Below, in pieces: positions 38,195-47,101 of a DNA stretch of 58,631 bases. The translations under genes were made by a program, and so were the position numbers. Within the stretch, counting starts at the first letter, position 1, and each line of letters opens with the position of its first letter. The stretch covers positions 1 through 58,631 of IMG/VR virus record IMGVR_UViG_3300037510_000677, one strand, 5' to 3'. The stretch is from a virus. Lineage: Duplodnaviria; Caudoviricetes. A model generated the notes under the pieces. It saw nothing but the letters and a program-made list of their open reading frames with translations, was not told the DNA's origin and did not search any database.

Positions 38195-38468
38195 TTGTAA
38201 TTCTTTTCCTAACAGCATCTAATATATGGTCTCTTAAAAGAGTGTGACCATTTCTGCAAGATAGATAATTTAATATTAACAAAAAATGGATAGCAAAAGA
38301 CAGGCCCTTCTCGATTGACACCATCCAACCGTGACCAGAAATAAAAGATAGCTCACATGGCTGTGCCTTCAAACCCATAGGTCTTGTAAGGCTTTTTAAT
38401 GTTACACAATCTATGTTATCTAAACCAATCATAGATATAAAATATTCATCATTTAAGCTTTCTGACAT
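38181..38468 (-). CDS. Cassette protein, KDFI family
   Basis: HTLLRDHILDAVRKR. Confidence 0.7.
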   Translation of the reverse strand: MSESLNDEYFISMIGLDNIDCVTLKSLTRPMGLKAQPCELSFISGHGWMVSIEKGLSFAIHFLLILNYLSCRNGHTLLRDHILDAVRKRITNESE

Positions 38469-38746
38469 TTTTGAACTTCCTTCATAATTATGTCTTTTGC
38501 TTGCTTAATCTTTCCTTCTCTACGCAATAAAGTAATATCGTGTAAAAATTTAAAGACAAAATTACCTCTAATAGCTTCCAGGTTTGTTGATGTAAATTTA
38601 TATAATTTTTTATTAATGCAGCGGGAACGAACTGACCATTTTGAAATAAATACATAACAATCATCCAATTCTTGAAAGATAATGCCTTCTGACAACAAGA
38701 ATACACCATCCACCGGGTCGTCCAGGTTTATCCTTATTAAGCTCAC
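38453..38746 (-). CDS. Cassette protein, KDFI family
   Basis: FKFLHDI...IKQAKDIIMKEVQK. Confidence 0.75.
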   Translation of the reverse strand: MSLIRINLDDPVDGVFLLSEGIIFQELDDCYVFISKWSVRSRCINKKLYKFTSTNLEAIRGNFVFKFLHDITLLRREGKIKQAKDIIMKEVQKCQKA

Positions 38747-39015
38747 TTCAGCGCCTCCTTTTTAATCATCTGCATTACTCGCTGTGCATCATAATGACTT
38801 AAGGCATGTAAAAGCTGAAAAACAAAAATTTTTATATCTCCTTCAAAAACAAAATGATTGTAGTCAACAAAACCAACAAATTTTTGGACTTCTGCCCATG
38901 ACCAAATAATAGGGCCGCTCCAATAAAAACCATAATCAAACTTAAAGTGATATGGAATTTGCAAGCTTTTATAATCTACATTATTGATTATAAACCTTTT
39001 TATAATTATTGACAT
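38743..39015 (-). CDS. Cassette protein
   Basis: FQLLHAL...RVMQMIKKEALK. Confidence 0.7.
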   Translation of the reverse strand: MSIIIKRFIINNVDYKSLQIPYHFKFDYGFYWSGPIIWSWAEVQKFVGFVDYNHFVFEGDIKIFVFQLLHALSHYDAQRVMQMIKKEALK

Positions 39016-39404
39016 CTTTTAGTCTCGATTTCTTTCAAGATAAAATCTTTGTCTTGTTTGTTAGACCATACAGAAAGCCAAAACATAAATAAAAACTTTC
39101 CAGCAAAAGACGACCTGTAATCAATATAATCTTTGTAATTTTTAATTAAATCGGCATTTTGTTTATGTGCAAGACATACCCATCTTTTGACCAGTTTAAC
39201 GTTCCTTCTATCTATTGGAATTAATTTATCCAAACTAACCACGCATAAATATACGCAATCATAGTCTATGTAGACATCAAAAACAAAACCCTTTTCTTTA
39301 AATTCATTGATGCACGGTATCGCACGGTATCTCTCAAAATTTTTGCTAATATGATATATTCTCTGGTTTCTTAGAGCCAAATCATCAATACTCAAAGTCT
39401 TCAT
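39006..39404 (-). CDS. Cassette protein, KDFI family
   Basis: GKFLF...NKQDKDFILKEIETK. Confidence 0.75.
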   Translation of the reverse strand: MKTLSIDDLALRNQRIYHISKNFERYRAIPCINEFKEKGFVFDVYIDYDCVYLCVVSLDKLIPIDRRNVKLVKRWVCLAHKQNADLIKNYKDYIDYRSSFAGKFLFMFWLSVWSNKQDKDFILKEIETKRCQ

Positions 39405-39684
39405 TTTCTACCCCCAGTTTTACCAAGCGCTTCTTTTCTGCCTCGCGCATAATCTTGTTTTTAATGTATTCCATGCTAAGATTAACACTCATGCAGTGTA
39501 AAAAATCTAACACGAATATTTGGCATATCTCGTTGAAAGTTCCATGATAAATGTCAATGCAGTCGCTTATTGGCATCCCGCCCGTAACGTTACTTGGCGT
39601 TCCTGTGCAAAAAACATGATGATCTAAATATTTATAAAAAATAGCGCCATTCGTTAATATTATCGGCTTATCTCCTTCTGTCAT
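39385..39684 (-). CDS. Cassette protein carrying portal peptide TGGMPISDCI
   Basis: LDFLHCM...EYIKNKIMREAEKK; exact portal-derived 29-mer in frame. Confidence 0.8.
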   Translation of the reverse strand: MTEGDKPIILTNGAIFYKYLDHHVFCTGTPSNVTGGMPISDCIDIYHGTFNEICQIFVLDFLHCMSVNLSMEYIKNKIMREAEKKRLVKLGVENEDFEY

Positions 39685-39866
39685 TTTATACCACCCTTCT
39701 TGACTCTATCCATAATTATGTCTTTTAAGGCTTTGTAATCTATTTGATGTGGCCAATGTAATTGGTCTAAAAACATTAATGTACCACTATAAGATTTCCA
39801 TACCGAACAAATTTGGGTGCCGACATAGATATACCTTAACGTTATCGGCTTGTCATTTTCCGTCAT
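39681..39866 (-). CDS. Cassette protein, KDFI family
   Basis: MTENDKPI N-terminus shared with neighbour; YKALKDIIMDRVKK. Confidence 0.75.
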   Translation of the reverse strand: MTENDKPITLRYIYVGTQICSVWKSYSGTLMFLDQLHWPHQIDYKALKDIIMDRVKKGGIK

Positions 39867-40078
39867 TTTCTAGCCTCTTTGATAAAATTCATAATAGCAT
39901 GCCGCTTTCTTTCGGGTGCAAGCCAACTTGATGCTATTACAAAGGGTAATTCTTCTTGTGGAGTTAGGTTATCATCAGCTATATCCCGAAATCTAAACTC
40001 TCCATCTTTAGTTTTTATTATTTTTTCCCATCTTATTTCCCGAGGACCTATAACTAAACGCACATCAATTATCTCCAT
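39863..40078 (-). CDS. Cassette protein
   Basis: RKRHAIMNFIKEARK; coupled to neighbours. Confidence 0.65.
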   Translation of the reverse strand: MEIIDVRLVIGPREIRWEKIIKTKDGEFRFRDIADDNLTPQEELPFVIASSWLAPERKRHAIMNFIKEARK

Positions 40079-40391
40079 TTCTGCGCCTCTCTATTTCTCT
40101 TTTAATCCAGTTAACCTTTAACTTAAATGAAAATCTGTTGTCCAAAATCACAAAAGGAGTCTGCTCTCTTTCTGGTAAAGAATTAAACCATTCTCTTTGT
40201 ATAAAATTCCATTGGTCTTGTTAAAATCTTATTGCATAATTACTCCACGCTTCGCACCAGCCAAATCCTTCAATTGGTTTCGACATCATTATGGGCTCAT
40301 GATACCAATTGAAATTCGAATCGTAATAACTAAAAAAAGTTACCGAGTCACCGAAGTACAAATACCCCCTTCTAATTAGATAATGCTTCAT
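40065..40391 (-). pseudogene. Cassette gene interrupted by an in-frame TAA at 40221-40223
   Basis: 56 codons, TAA, then 51 more in-frame codons ending KLKVNWIKREIERRRNGDN. Confidence 0.55.
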
Positions 40392-40395
40392 TGCC

Positions 40396-40647
40396 TTACC
40401 AACCCTCCATATTTTTCACCTTCTTGATTTCCTGCATAATAAAATCTTTAATCATTTTTTGCCGTCCTTCCCAGATTAAATCAAAAAGCTTCATGACAGG
40501 TGTAATTTTTAATACTCTGCCTACAATGAAAAAACCTCTATTATTTGTGAAATAAAAGTATATCCTCGGTAAAATATCATCACTAAAGCCCAAATGCCCT
40601 TCTTCGAGCAGATAATAATCTTGTGACCAAAATGTTTCGTCATTCAT
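40396..40647 (-). CDS. Cassette protein, KDFI family
   Basis: MKLFDLI...QKMIKDFIMQEIKK. Confidence 0.75.
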   Translation of the reverse strand: MNDETFWSQDYYLLEEGHLGFSDDILPRIYFYFTNNRGFFIVGRVLKITPVMKLFDLIWEGRQKMIKDFIMQEIKKVKNMEGW

Positions 40648-41009
40648 CGCCCTGATTTCCTGTCAATCTCTTCCATAATAAAATCTTTCAATATTTTAGC
40701 AGAAAATGCACCAATAAATTTATCTTGATTAATCTGTGTAAGAAATTTCATAATAAATGTTGGCGGCGATTCTAATTCAATTCTTTGATAATAAGAATTT
40801 CCATTATTATAGGCAGGATTATATTCCTTAAAATAAAAATAAAATTTATTTACATCACTATTTTTTACGCCTGCATTTCCTTTTTCTAAAAATCCTATAT
40901 GTATTGCTAAGTAGCTACCACATTCGGATTCTCTTATTATTTCAGGTCTTTTCTTATTAGGCGTTCTACATTTAAAACAAGCACAATTATCACCATGTAT
41001 TGTAGTCAT
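40644..41009 (-). CDS. Cassette protein, KDFI family, with N-terminal HxxxCxCxxC
   Basis: MKFLTQI...AKILKDFIMEEIDRK; overlaps the terL stop. Confidence 0.75.
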   Translation of the reverse strand: MTTIHGDNCACFKCRTPNKKRPEIIRESECGSYLAIHIGFLEKGNAGVKNSDVNKFYFYFKEYNPAYNNGNSYYQRIELESPPTFIMKFLTQINQDKFIGAFSAKILKDFIMEEIDRKSGR

Positions 41010-42681
41010 CTGATGTTACCCCATAAAATCCATGTTTTGGCCTTAATATTGAATTAACGACTTTAGGATTTTTACGATGATTAAGCAAGCCGTTTTGTTG
41101 TAGATACAATATCACTTGCGTCATCGTATCTACCACGTCTCTGCTTTCCCCCGCTGGGAATAACTCGCACTGCCTTAGCAGTTCTTTAGCGCTCGGTCTA
41201 AGCTTCTTGAAATCTGGCGGTAATGCTGGAACGTAAATCAAACCATTCTGTATTAACGGTGTAGCCAAGACTACCCGTTGTGTTTTGTCCCCAAACTTAG
41301 TTGGGTCAAACTTATGCGCCTCAATCCCTGCTCTCCTTAAGTCCTGCACTAACGATATACCATTTGCTTTAGCTTCTACAAGCATCATATCAACGCGATG
41401 TCTGCCATCTACTTCCACCTGCTTGTTACCGTCTTCTCCCCCGTCATCCCGGTAATCTTTGGAAATACGCTGACAGAGTTCGCGTAGGTAAGGGTATTCA
41501 AGCCTTCCTCGCCAAAGGCTAAGAAGGATAAGGCAGGGGATAGATTCGTCTTGATTATTCTCAAGGTTAAAATATCCCCAGGTGGTAATAGCAGAATAAG
41601 CTCCTTCCTCGCTCTCACCGTAAGCCGTGTCTAAAGAAGCAATAACGCGTAAGGATTGAGGGGGATTCTCTTTCTTCCACCAGCTGAACCAATCCACCTT
41701 GATAATGCCGCCCCCTTGTGGGGTTGGACGCTGCTGTAATTGACCGCTTATCGCATAACTACTGCCTAAGTCAGCTTTAAGCTCTTCTAATTCTGGGGTG
41801 CCAATCTTATTTGGCCATAGCAGGTCTCCACTGTTAATACGGGGGTCTTGCCATCTTTCTCCATTGGTAAAAGAGAGAGGTACCGTAATAGAGCGTCTGG
41901 CTGGTTCAAACTCCATGGGAAGGATTAAGCGTACCCACTGCTTTGTCGTATCTTTGGACATCACATATCCGCTAATATCAGCTTCATGGAGGCGCTGCTG
42001 TACGATGATTCTGCCGCCTGTCTTCTTGTCGTTAAGACGGGTAGACCAGACGTGAGACCACCACTCTAAAGCGTTCTCGCGCTTAGCTTCAGACTCTCCA
42101 TCTTTCGCATTGTTTGGGTCATCACAGACAATAATGTCTCCCCCTTCCCCCGTTGCAACCCCTCCTACCGAGGTAGCAATGCGATAGCCTAGCCTGTCGT
42201 TTTCAAAGCGCAGCTTCTCGTTTTGGTCATGGGCCAGCTGAAACACGTGCCCCCAATTCTCTTGGTACCAAGGAGACATGATGAGGCGACGACAGCGGGT
42301 AGAGTCACGCGTTGCAAGCTTTTGGGCGTAAGAGGCAAACAGAAACTTCTTCCAAGGGTATTTAATCCAGGCATAGGCTGGGAACATGACAGAGACGATC
42401 GTGGATTTACTCGTGCGAGGAGGGACGTTGATTAAGAGATTACGGATTTGACCGCTTAATACCGCTTCCAAGTGCTCGCAAATAGCCTGGATGTGCCAGC
42501 CATCGACAAACTCTACCCCCCCTTCTATTTGCGGCCATCCATGCTTTACGAATTCATAGAGCGATGAAGACGCAATCTCTGACTCCATATATTTTTTTAC
42601 AGAGCAGAAAAAGCCAAATGTTGATTCTATTGTAGGTAGATCAAGTAGAGAGGGTGCTGTAGGTGGTGGTAATTGTAGCAT
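40990..42681 (-). CDS. terL: Terminase large subunit
   Basis: Walker A LLINVPPRTSKS, Walker B IIVCDDP, QQRLH..D, RNase H-like SLDTA...VEAKANG...DVVD. Confidence 0.95.
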   Translation of the reverse strand: MLQLPPPTAPSLLDLPTIESTFGFFCSVKKYMESEIASSSLYEFVKHGWPQIEGGVEFVDGWHIQAICEHLEAVLSGQIRNLLINVPPRTSKSTIVSVMFPAYAWIKYPWKKFLFASYAQKLATRDSTRCRRLIMSPWYQENWGHVFQLAHDQNEKLRFENDRLGYRIATSVGGVATGEGGDIIVCDDPNNAKDGESEAKRENALEWWSHVWSTRLNDKKTGGRIIVQQRLHEADISGYVMSKDTTKQWVRLILPMEFEPARRSITVPLSFTNGERWQDPRINSGDLLWPNKIGTPELEELKADLGSSYAISGQLQQRPTPQGGGIIKVDWFSWWKKENPPQSLRVIASLDTAYGESEEGAYSAITTWGYFNLENNQDESIPCLILLSLWRGRLEYPYLRELCQRISKDYRDDGGEDGNKQVEVDGRHRVDMMLVEAKANGISLVQDLRRAGIEAHKFDPTKFGDKTQRVVLATPLIQNGLIYVPALPPDFKKLRPSAKELLRQCELFPAGESRDVVDTMTQVILYLQQNGLLNHRKNPKVVNSILRPKHGFYGVTSDDYNTW

Positions 42682-43135
42682 TGTCCTTTATTAAGGCTTC
42701 TTGTTGTTCTTTTGCTGTTATATAAGTTAGAAATTTCTTCAAGTCTCCTTTTTGATGGAGATCTAGTAAACCCTCCAATGCCTTTTTAGCATGTAAGAGC
42801 TGAACAAAATTCTTAGGGTCTGAAAACATTGATACTGCTTCTTGGTCTTCGTCTTCAATGGTTGTAACTTCAATTTCCTGTTTAGGTTTACCAAAGCCTC
42901 TGTCACATAAGAAATTAACTAGCCAAAGCGCTTCTTTGGTTAAAGGACTACCATACACAGCTTCTCTTACTAAGCGCTGGGAAAGCATAATGAGGTCGTC
43001 TATCATCCCAACACAAGCAGATTGGCACTTACCTTTAAACTGCTTTATAAGTGCGTGCTCTTCTTTAGATAGACCAGAAGGGTTGCCAGATTTGCCAGGC
43101 GGTATTCTATGTTGATGGCCTTTATGAAACGCCAT
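42641..43135 (-). CDS. terS: Terminase small subunit
   Basis: PGKSGNPSG N-terminus, DRGFGKPKQ; directly upstream of terL; start re-called at ATG 43135. Confidence 0.8.
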   Translation of the reverse strand: MAFHKGHQHRIPPGKSGNPSGLSKEEHALIKQFKGKCQSACVGMIDDLIMLSQRLVREAVYGSPLTKEALWLVNFLCDRGFGKPKQEIEVTTIEDEDQEAVSMFSDPKNFVQLLHAKKALEGLLDLHQKGDLKKFLTYITAKEQQEALIKDNATITTTYSTLST

Positions 43136-43422
43136 ATATCCCCCTTGTATAGTTCTTATTATTCTTAATTTCATATTGCTACCAATATGTTATCTACAGC
43201 TTAATAACTTATATGCCCGGATAAAAGGTGGGTAGGATAATCTAATTTAATAGTTCGTTTGACGAATTTTTATTTCCTTGGTTTTCCCCCGCGCGTAAAG
43301 AATTTGAATGAGCTTAAAAAACATCAACTTTAATTCTTTAGTTGTTCACCTGTGGTGTTTTCAAAGTTATAAATGCGTATAGAAAAGTAACGTATTCTTA
43401 ACTAAGTAATTTATAAAACTCC

Positions 43423-43460
43423 CTACCAAAACCTGTTTTTTTAAAATGGGGTTTTGGTAG
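43423..43460. terminator. Inverted repeat, possible terminator of the LRR-deaminase unit
   Basis: CTACCAAAACC...GGTTTTGGTAG 11-bp arms. Confidence 0.4.
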
Positions 43461-43654
43461 TAGATAGGGAAGATTATGATTCATTTGGTTAAAATTAAAG
43501 GTAACTTTACATTTCTTATGGTTATTTTTAAATGAGGCTAAGATTAAACATGCTATAGTCTCCACTACTTCTCAAAAATTAAGATCTAGTAGATATTCAA
43601 CCGTCACAATTCATTAGGATAAGATAATAGGATTAACTAAGTTATTTTGATTTA

Positions 43655-44728
43655 TTACATATTTGCTAATTCAGGATAGGCTTGATAAATCGCTGGTATT
43701 TGTTGTTGAGCGCCAGCATTATCTGGCAAAAGATTGGCGAACAGTCGTGCAGGTGTATTGTTGTTGTGCGCAAAATTGGCGTTATAGACAAAAGGGTGGT
43801 TAATGGCTGGGTTATCATTTATACGCCATCCCCTCCATTCTCCTCCATTGTTTGTAATATTATTCCTTAACCCATTCATCCTGTTTAGCACAGAGCGTGC
43901 TGCGCGATACTGTCTCCCTAAGTCTTGGCTTTGATTTACTCCCGTTGGGACAGAGTAAATAAATTCGCTGTTGGGGTGATCTGCAAAATGTCTAGAAAAA
44001 TAATTGGTGCAACTATCGTCACCTGCATGAGGGCCATTTGGATGAACGCAAGGTATCCTTTCTGAAAATCCTTTAATAGAAGCCAATTCATTTAAGGGGT
44101 AACGATATTCTTCAGCAACGTCTGAATTAGGATTTGTAATTAGTCTTTGGGAATTGTTAGCTATTTGCATGAATTGGTCTGCATTATTTACAGGAAGAGC
44201 ATGATTATGATTGCCAAATTCTTGGACTGTTGCTTGATTAAGTAAGTTGTTTGGAACAATCGGATATAAATCATGCGCATTCATAAAACTATGATAAATT
44301 GCAGGAATATCGTCAGCGTTTAATCTATCCTGAATTCTTTTAACATGAGCTTTTTTAACCATATTGGTAAGAGCGTCTCTATAGGCAAATCTCTCTCCAT
44401 GTAATGGCCTATTTCCTTCTCCAGCAACTAAATTATGACTGGTTCCTGCTCCATAAACCGGATCTTCGCCGTCTCCAATATTAAACTCCATGCTTCCAAC
44501 GTTTCTATTAAAGCCAGGGTCATCTATTGTCTCTCTCTCATTTAAAGCTGCTGTAATAAGCGCTTCTTCTGTTGGGTTTAACAAAGCACCTGCATATCTT
44601 CGCCGGGAAAGGTTAATGTTAGAGTCATTATCTACCAGATCTATGTACTCATCATGAGAGCGGCTATTTGGTGGAACCCAATCTGCATATCTTTTCTTTA
44701 ACGTGTTGTATCGTTCAATTAATGGCAT
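43655..44728 (-). CDS. Nucleic-acid deaminase-fold toxin/effector (XOO_2897-like)
   Basis: RNVGSMEF strand, H110-G-E112, FSERIPC227, C240, FIYS: zinc-binding HxE/PCxnC signature. Confidence 0.72.
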   Translation of the reverse strand: MPLIERYNTLKKRYADWVPPNSRSHDEYIDLVDNDSNINLSRRRYAGALLNPTEEALITAALNERETIDDPGFNRNVGSMEFNIGDGEDPVYGAGTSHNLVAGEGNRPLHGERFAYRDALTNMVKKAHVKRIQDRLNADDIPAIYHSFMNAHDLYPIVPNNLLNQATVQEFGNHNHALPVNNADQFMQIANNSQRLITNPNSDVAEEYRYPLNELASIKGFSERIPCVHPNGPHAGDDSCTNYFSRHFADHPNSEFIYSVPTGVNQSQDLGRQYRAARSVLNRMNGLRNNITNNGGEWRGWRINDNPAINHPFVYNANFAHNNNTPARLFANLLPDNAGAQQQIPAIYQAYPELANM

Positions 44729-44730
44729 CG

Positions 44731-45777
44731 TTAATCCTCTTCCCTTTTAGAAAATTTCATCTTTGACCTTTTGCTAGATTCCCCCGTTTCATCAGCTGCC
44801 TTCTTTTTAGACTCAAATGCTTTTAACATCATTCCAGTTGGGTGAGCTAATGTTCCATTCGTTAACATTTGGATGCCGCTTTCTCTAAAGTGCTCTATAA
44901 ACACAGACGTAATCCTTGTATATTCCATGTTTAATTTCTTTAATGACGGCATCTGCCTTAAGGCCATAACCGCTTTATCATCAATATGGTTATGGCTTAG
45001 GTCAAGCTCAACCAAACTGGTCATGTTGCTATAATCCATCAATCCGTCAGAAAATATAGAGTTTTTTCCTAAATTAAGCACCTCTAGAATGGAATTATTG
45101 GCAAAAGCTAAAGCCCCCTCTGAACCAATGTTGTTTTTATATAAATTAAGCTTCTTCAATGACGGATGAGTCGCTAAAATTTTTGCCCCCTCATCTCCAA
45201 TCTGATTTTCCCCAAGATTCAAAGAGGTTAAATTCTTCATCTTCATAAAATAGGGCACTATCTCTGCTCCTGCCGGATTAGGCCATGCAAATGATTCAGG
45301 TAATCTCATGAATTGCTTGCCAACCCATACTTCCTCTAATGTATCGTTAAATGGAAGAGCAGCTAGCCCTTCCTTGGTGATAAGATTATCTATCATCGAT
45401 AGGGACTTGATGCTTCGATTATTGCGAATAATGTCATAAATATCCTTGTCTTCAACAAAACAGCTTGAAACACTCAATTTAACGATTTTTTCGTTCCGAG
45501 CCAGGATATGACCCCTATCTTTAATCGAAAACCCATATAAACATAATTCTTTTAGATTTAGCTCAGATAGCAATAGAACGCCATTATCGCTTGGAACATA
45601 ATCTTCACCATTAATATAGAGATAATTAATGTGTGTGTTGGTCTTCAATGCATCAAGTAGCCCCTCTAAATCCGATTCTTCCGATATATTTAAAAATAAT
45701 TTACCATCATCAGGCTCATCTTCAGTGCCCGTATACTCATTGCTCCTAATCCGCTGTAACAATGCTTCATCTATCAT
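44731..45777 (-). CDS. Leucine-rich repeat protein (RNI-like)
   Basis: Repeats such as LTSLNLGENQIGDEGA, LKKLNLYKNNIGSEGA, LVELDLSHNHIDDKAV. Confidence 0.92.
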   Translation of the reverse strand: MIDEALLQRIRSNEYTGTEDEPDDGKLFLNISEESDLEGLLDALKTNTHINYLYINGEDYVPSDNGVLLLSELNLKELCLYGFSIKDRGHILARNEKIVKLSVSSCFVEDKDIYDIIRNNRSIKSLSMIDNLITKEGLAALPFNDTLEEVWVGKQFMRLPESFAWPNPAGAEIVPYFMKMKNLTSLNLGENQIGDEGAKILATHPSLKKLNLYKNNIGSEGALAFANNSILEVLNLGKNSIFSDGLMDYSNMTSLVELDLSHNHIDDKAVMALRQMPSLKKLNMEYTRITSVFIEHFRESGIQMLTNGTLAHPTGMMLKAFESKKKAADETGESSKRSKMKFSKREED

Positions 45778-46006
45778 GTCTTCGCTCCATTCTTCTCTTA
45801 AGCATCAATTCATTATCAATTAAATATTTATTTGGTAAAAGGTATAATGCATAAGTTAGTTTAATATATACCAAATAATAATAAATATTTCAAAATATAA
45901 TAAAATAATTCTTGATTTTTATCAAATTATGATTTAGGGTGATTAAGGAAAGCAGTAAGGAGTGGCTTAAGGGGTTTATAGACCCCTTTTATTAAGGAGA
46001 CGGAAA

Positions 46007-46171
46007 ATGGTTGACATAACCCAGTTGATCAAGAAGTTAAAGCTTAGTAAACCATGGCAGGAGACGCGAGACATATTGCAGCACATTGTTGATTGCGCCG
46101 ATGGTGATATGTTGGAAGAGGCCAGAAATATTATTACCGAATATGATTTTATTAAAAGGAGAGAAGGATGA
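46007..46171 (+). CDS. Hypothetical protein, 54 aa (not in ORF track)
   Basis: TAAGGAG RBS; ATGA overlap with 46168. Confidence 0.6.
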   Translation: MVDITQLIKKLKLSKPWQETRDILQHIVDCADGDMLEEARNIITEYDFIKRREG

Positions 46172-46386
46172 AGAATGAACTCGTTATAAAGGAAAGAAAT
46201 CGAAGGATTAAAATTTTAGATGACATGTTGGAAATCATTTGGGAGCTTAGGGAAAAAGATTCTAACCTTGGAGCAGATGAAGCGTTGGAAATAATCAAAG
46301 CAAAGAATATTGGCGGATTTGGAAAACAGGCGGACTCTCTTTTAAGAACAGGGTCGTTAATCAATATAAGCCTCGTTAACATTTAA
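46168..46386 (+). CDS. Hypothetical protein
   Basis: AGGAG RBS, coupled start. Confidence 0.6.
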   Translation: MKNELVIKERNRRIKILDDMLEIIWELREKDSNLGADEALEIIKAKNIGGFGKQADSLLRTGSLINISLVNI

Positions 46387-46522
46387 CAGATGACTTTTTA
46401 TCAATTAACAGTCAAATAAGAATGTTGTTTATTATCAATACCTTAAATCGTGGAGGAACATTGAAACAATTAACAAATCAATTAAAGATAGTCATAAGCA
46501 TTCAATAATTGATAAGTATAAC

Positions 46523-46550
46523 TTGATTTTTTAAAACAATAAATTATAAT
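46523..46550 (+). promoter_or_regulatory. Sigma70-like promoter
   Basis: TTGATT-N16-TATAAT followed by palindrome AATTAGG-N6-CCTAATT. Confidence 0.45.
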
Positions 46551-46615
46551 AATTAGGGTTTTTCCTAATTGATGAAAAATCAATAGATGAAACGTGCATA
46601 AGGAGATGGAATGAA

Positions 46616-46819
46616 ATGTTATTTACTTCAGCAGGATGTACCTATAAAAAGTTATATGAAACAGTTAATAAATCAAGCATGGTGTCTGACTGGGTTAAGA
46701 AAGCCTTAAGAGACTTAAACGACCAGCCTGTGCATCAAGCGCTTGGTGATTTGAAGCTTATAAAGGCTATTCTTGAAAAGAAGATGTTAGAAAGGGGCGA
46801 TACAGCTGATTATTGTTAA
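46616..46819 (+). CDS. Hypothetical protein
   Basis: SDWVKKAL...PV..ALGD...I pattern; RBS. Confidence 0.65.
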   Translation: MLFTSAGCTYKKLYETVNKSSMVSDWVKKALRDLNDQPVHQALGDLKLIKAILEKKMLERGDTADYC

Positions 46820-46843
46820 TAAAAAGAAATAATAGAGGTAAAC

Positions 46844-47101
46844 ATGACGTGTTACGATGCAATTGGCATTTCGGGTGTTATTTTAACATTATTGGCCTAC
46901 ATAATGGTTCAAATTGGATTACTAAACCCTTCTAGCGAAAGCGAAGACAGGTTTTGGTATTCATTGCTCAATTTTGGTGGGTCATTTTTTATTCTGGTAT
47001 CCCTAATGCGGGAATGGAATACTGCTGCCGTTATGATGGAGGTTGCCTGGTTAATCGCTAGCACCTATGGGGTGGTAAAATATTATATTGATAATAGGTA
47101 G
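46844..47101 (+). CDS. CBU_0592-like three-TM membrane protein
   Basis: D.IG..GV.L.L.AY...Q.G.......YSLLN..GS..IL.SL...WN..A..ME..W. Confidence 0.75.
   Translation: MTCYDAIGISGVILTLLAYIMVQIGLLNPSSESEDRFWYSLLNFGGSFFILVSLMREWNTAAVMMEVAWLIASTYGVVKYYIDNR

Noticed and set aside
34539-41009. Integron cassette array or diversity-generating retroelement behind the variable genes
   Set aside because: No integrase or reverse transcriptase, no attC-like intergenic hairpins (genes overlap), and no adenine-specific template/variable repeat pair
43175-43654. pac site or late promoter upstream of terS
   Set aside because: Plausible by position, but no sequence feature lets me place it
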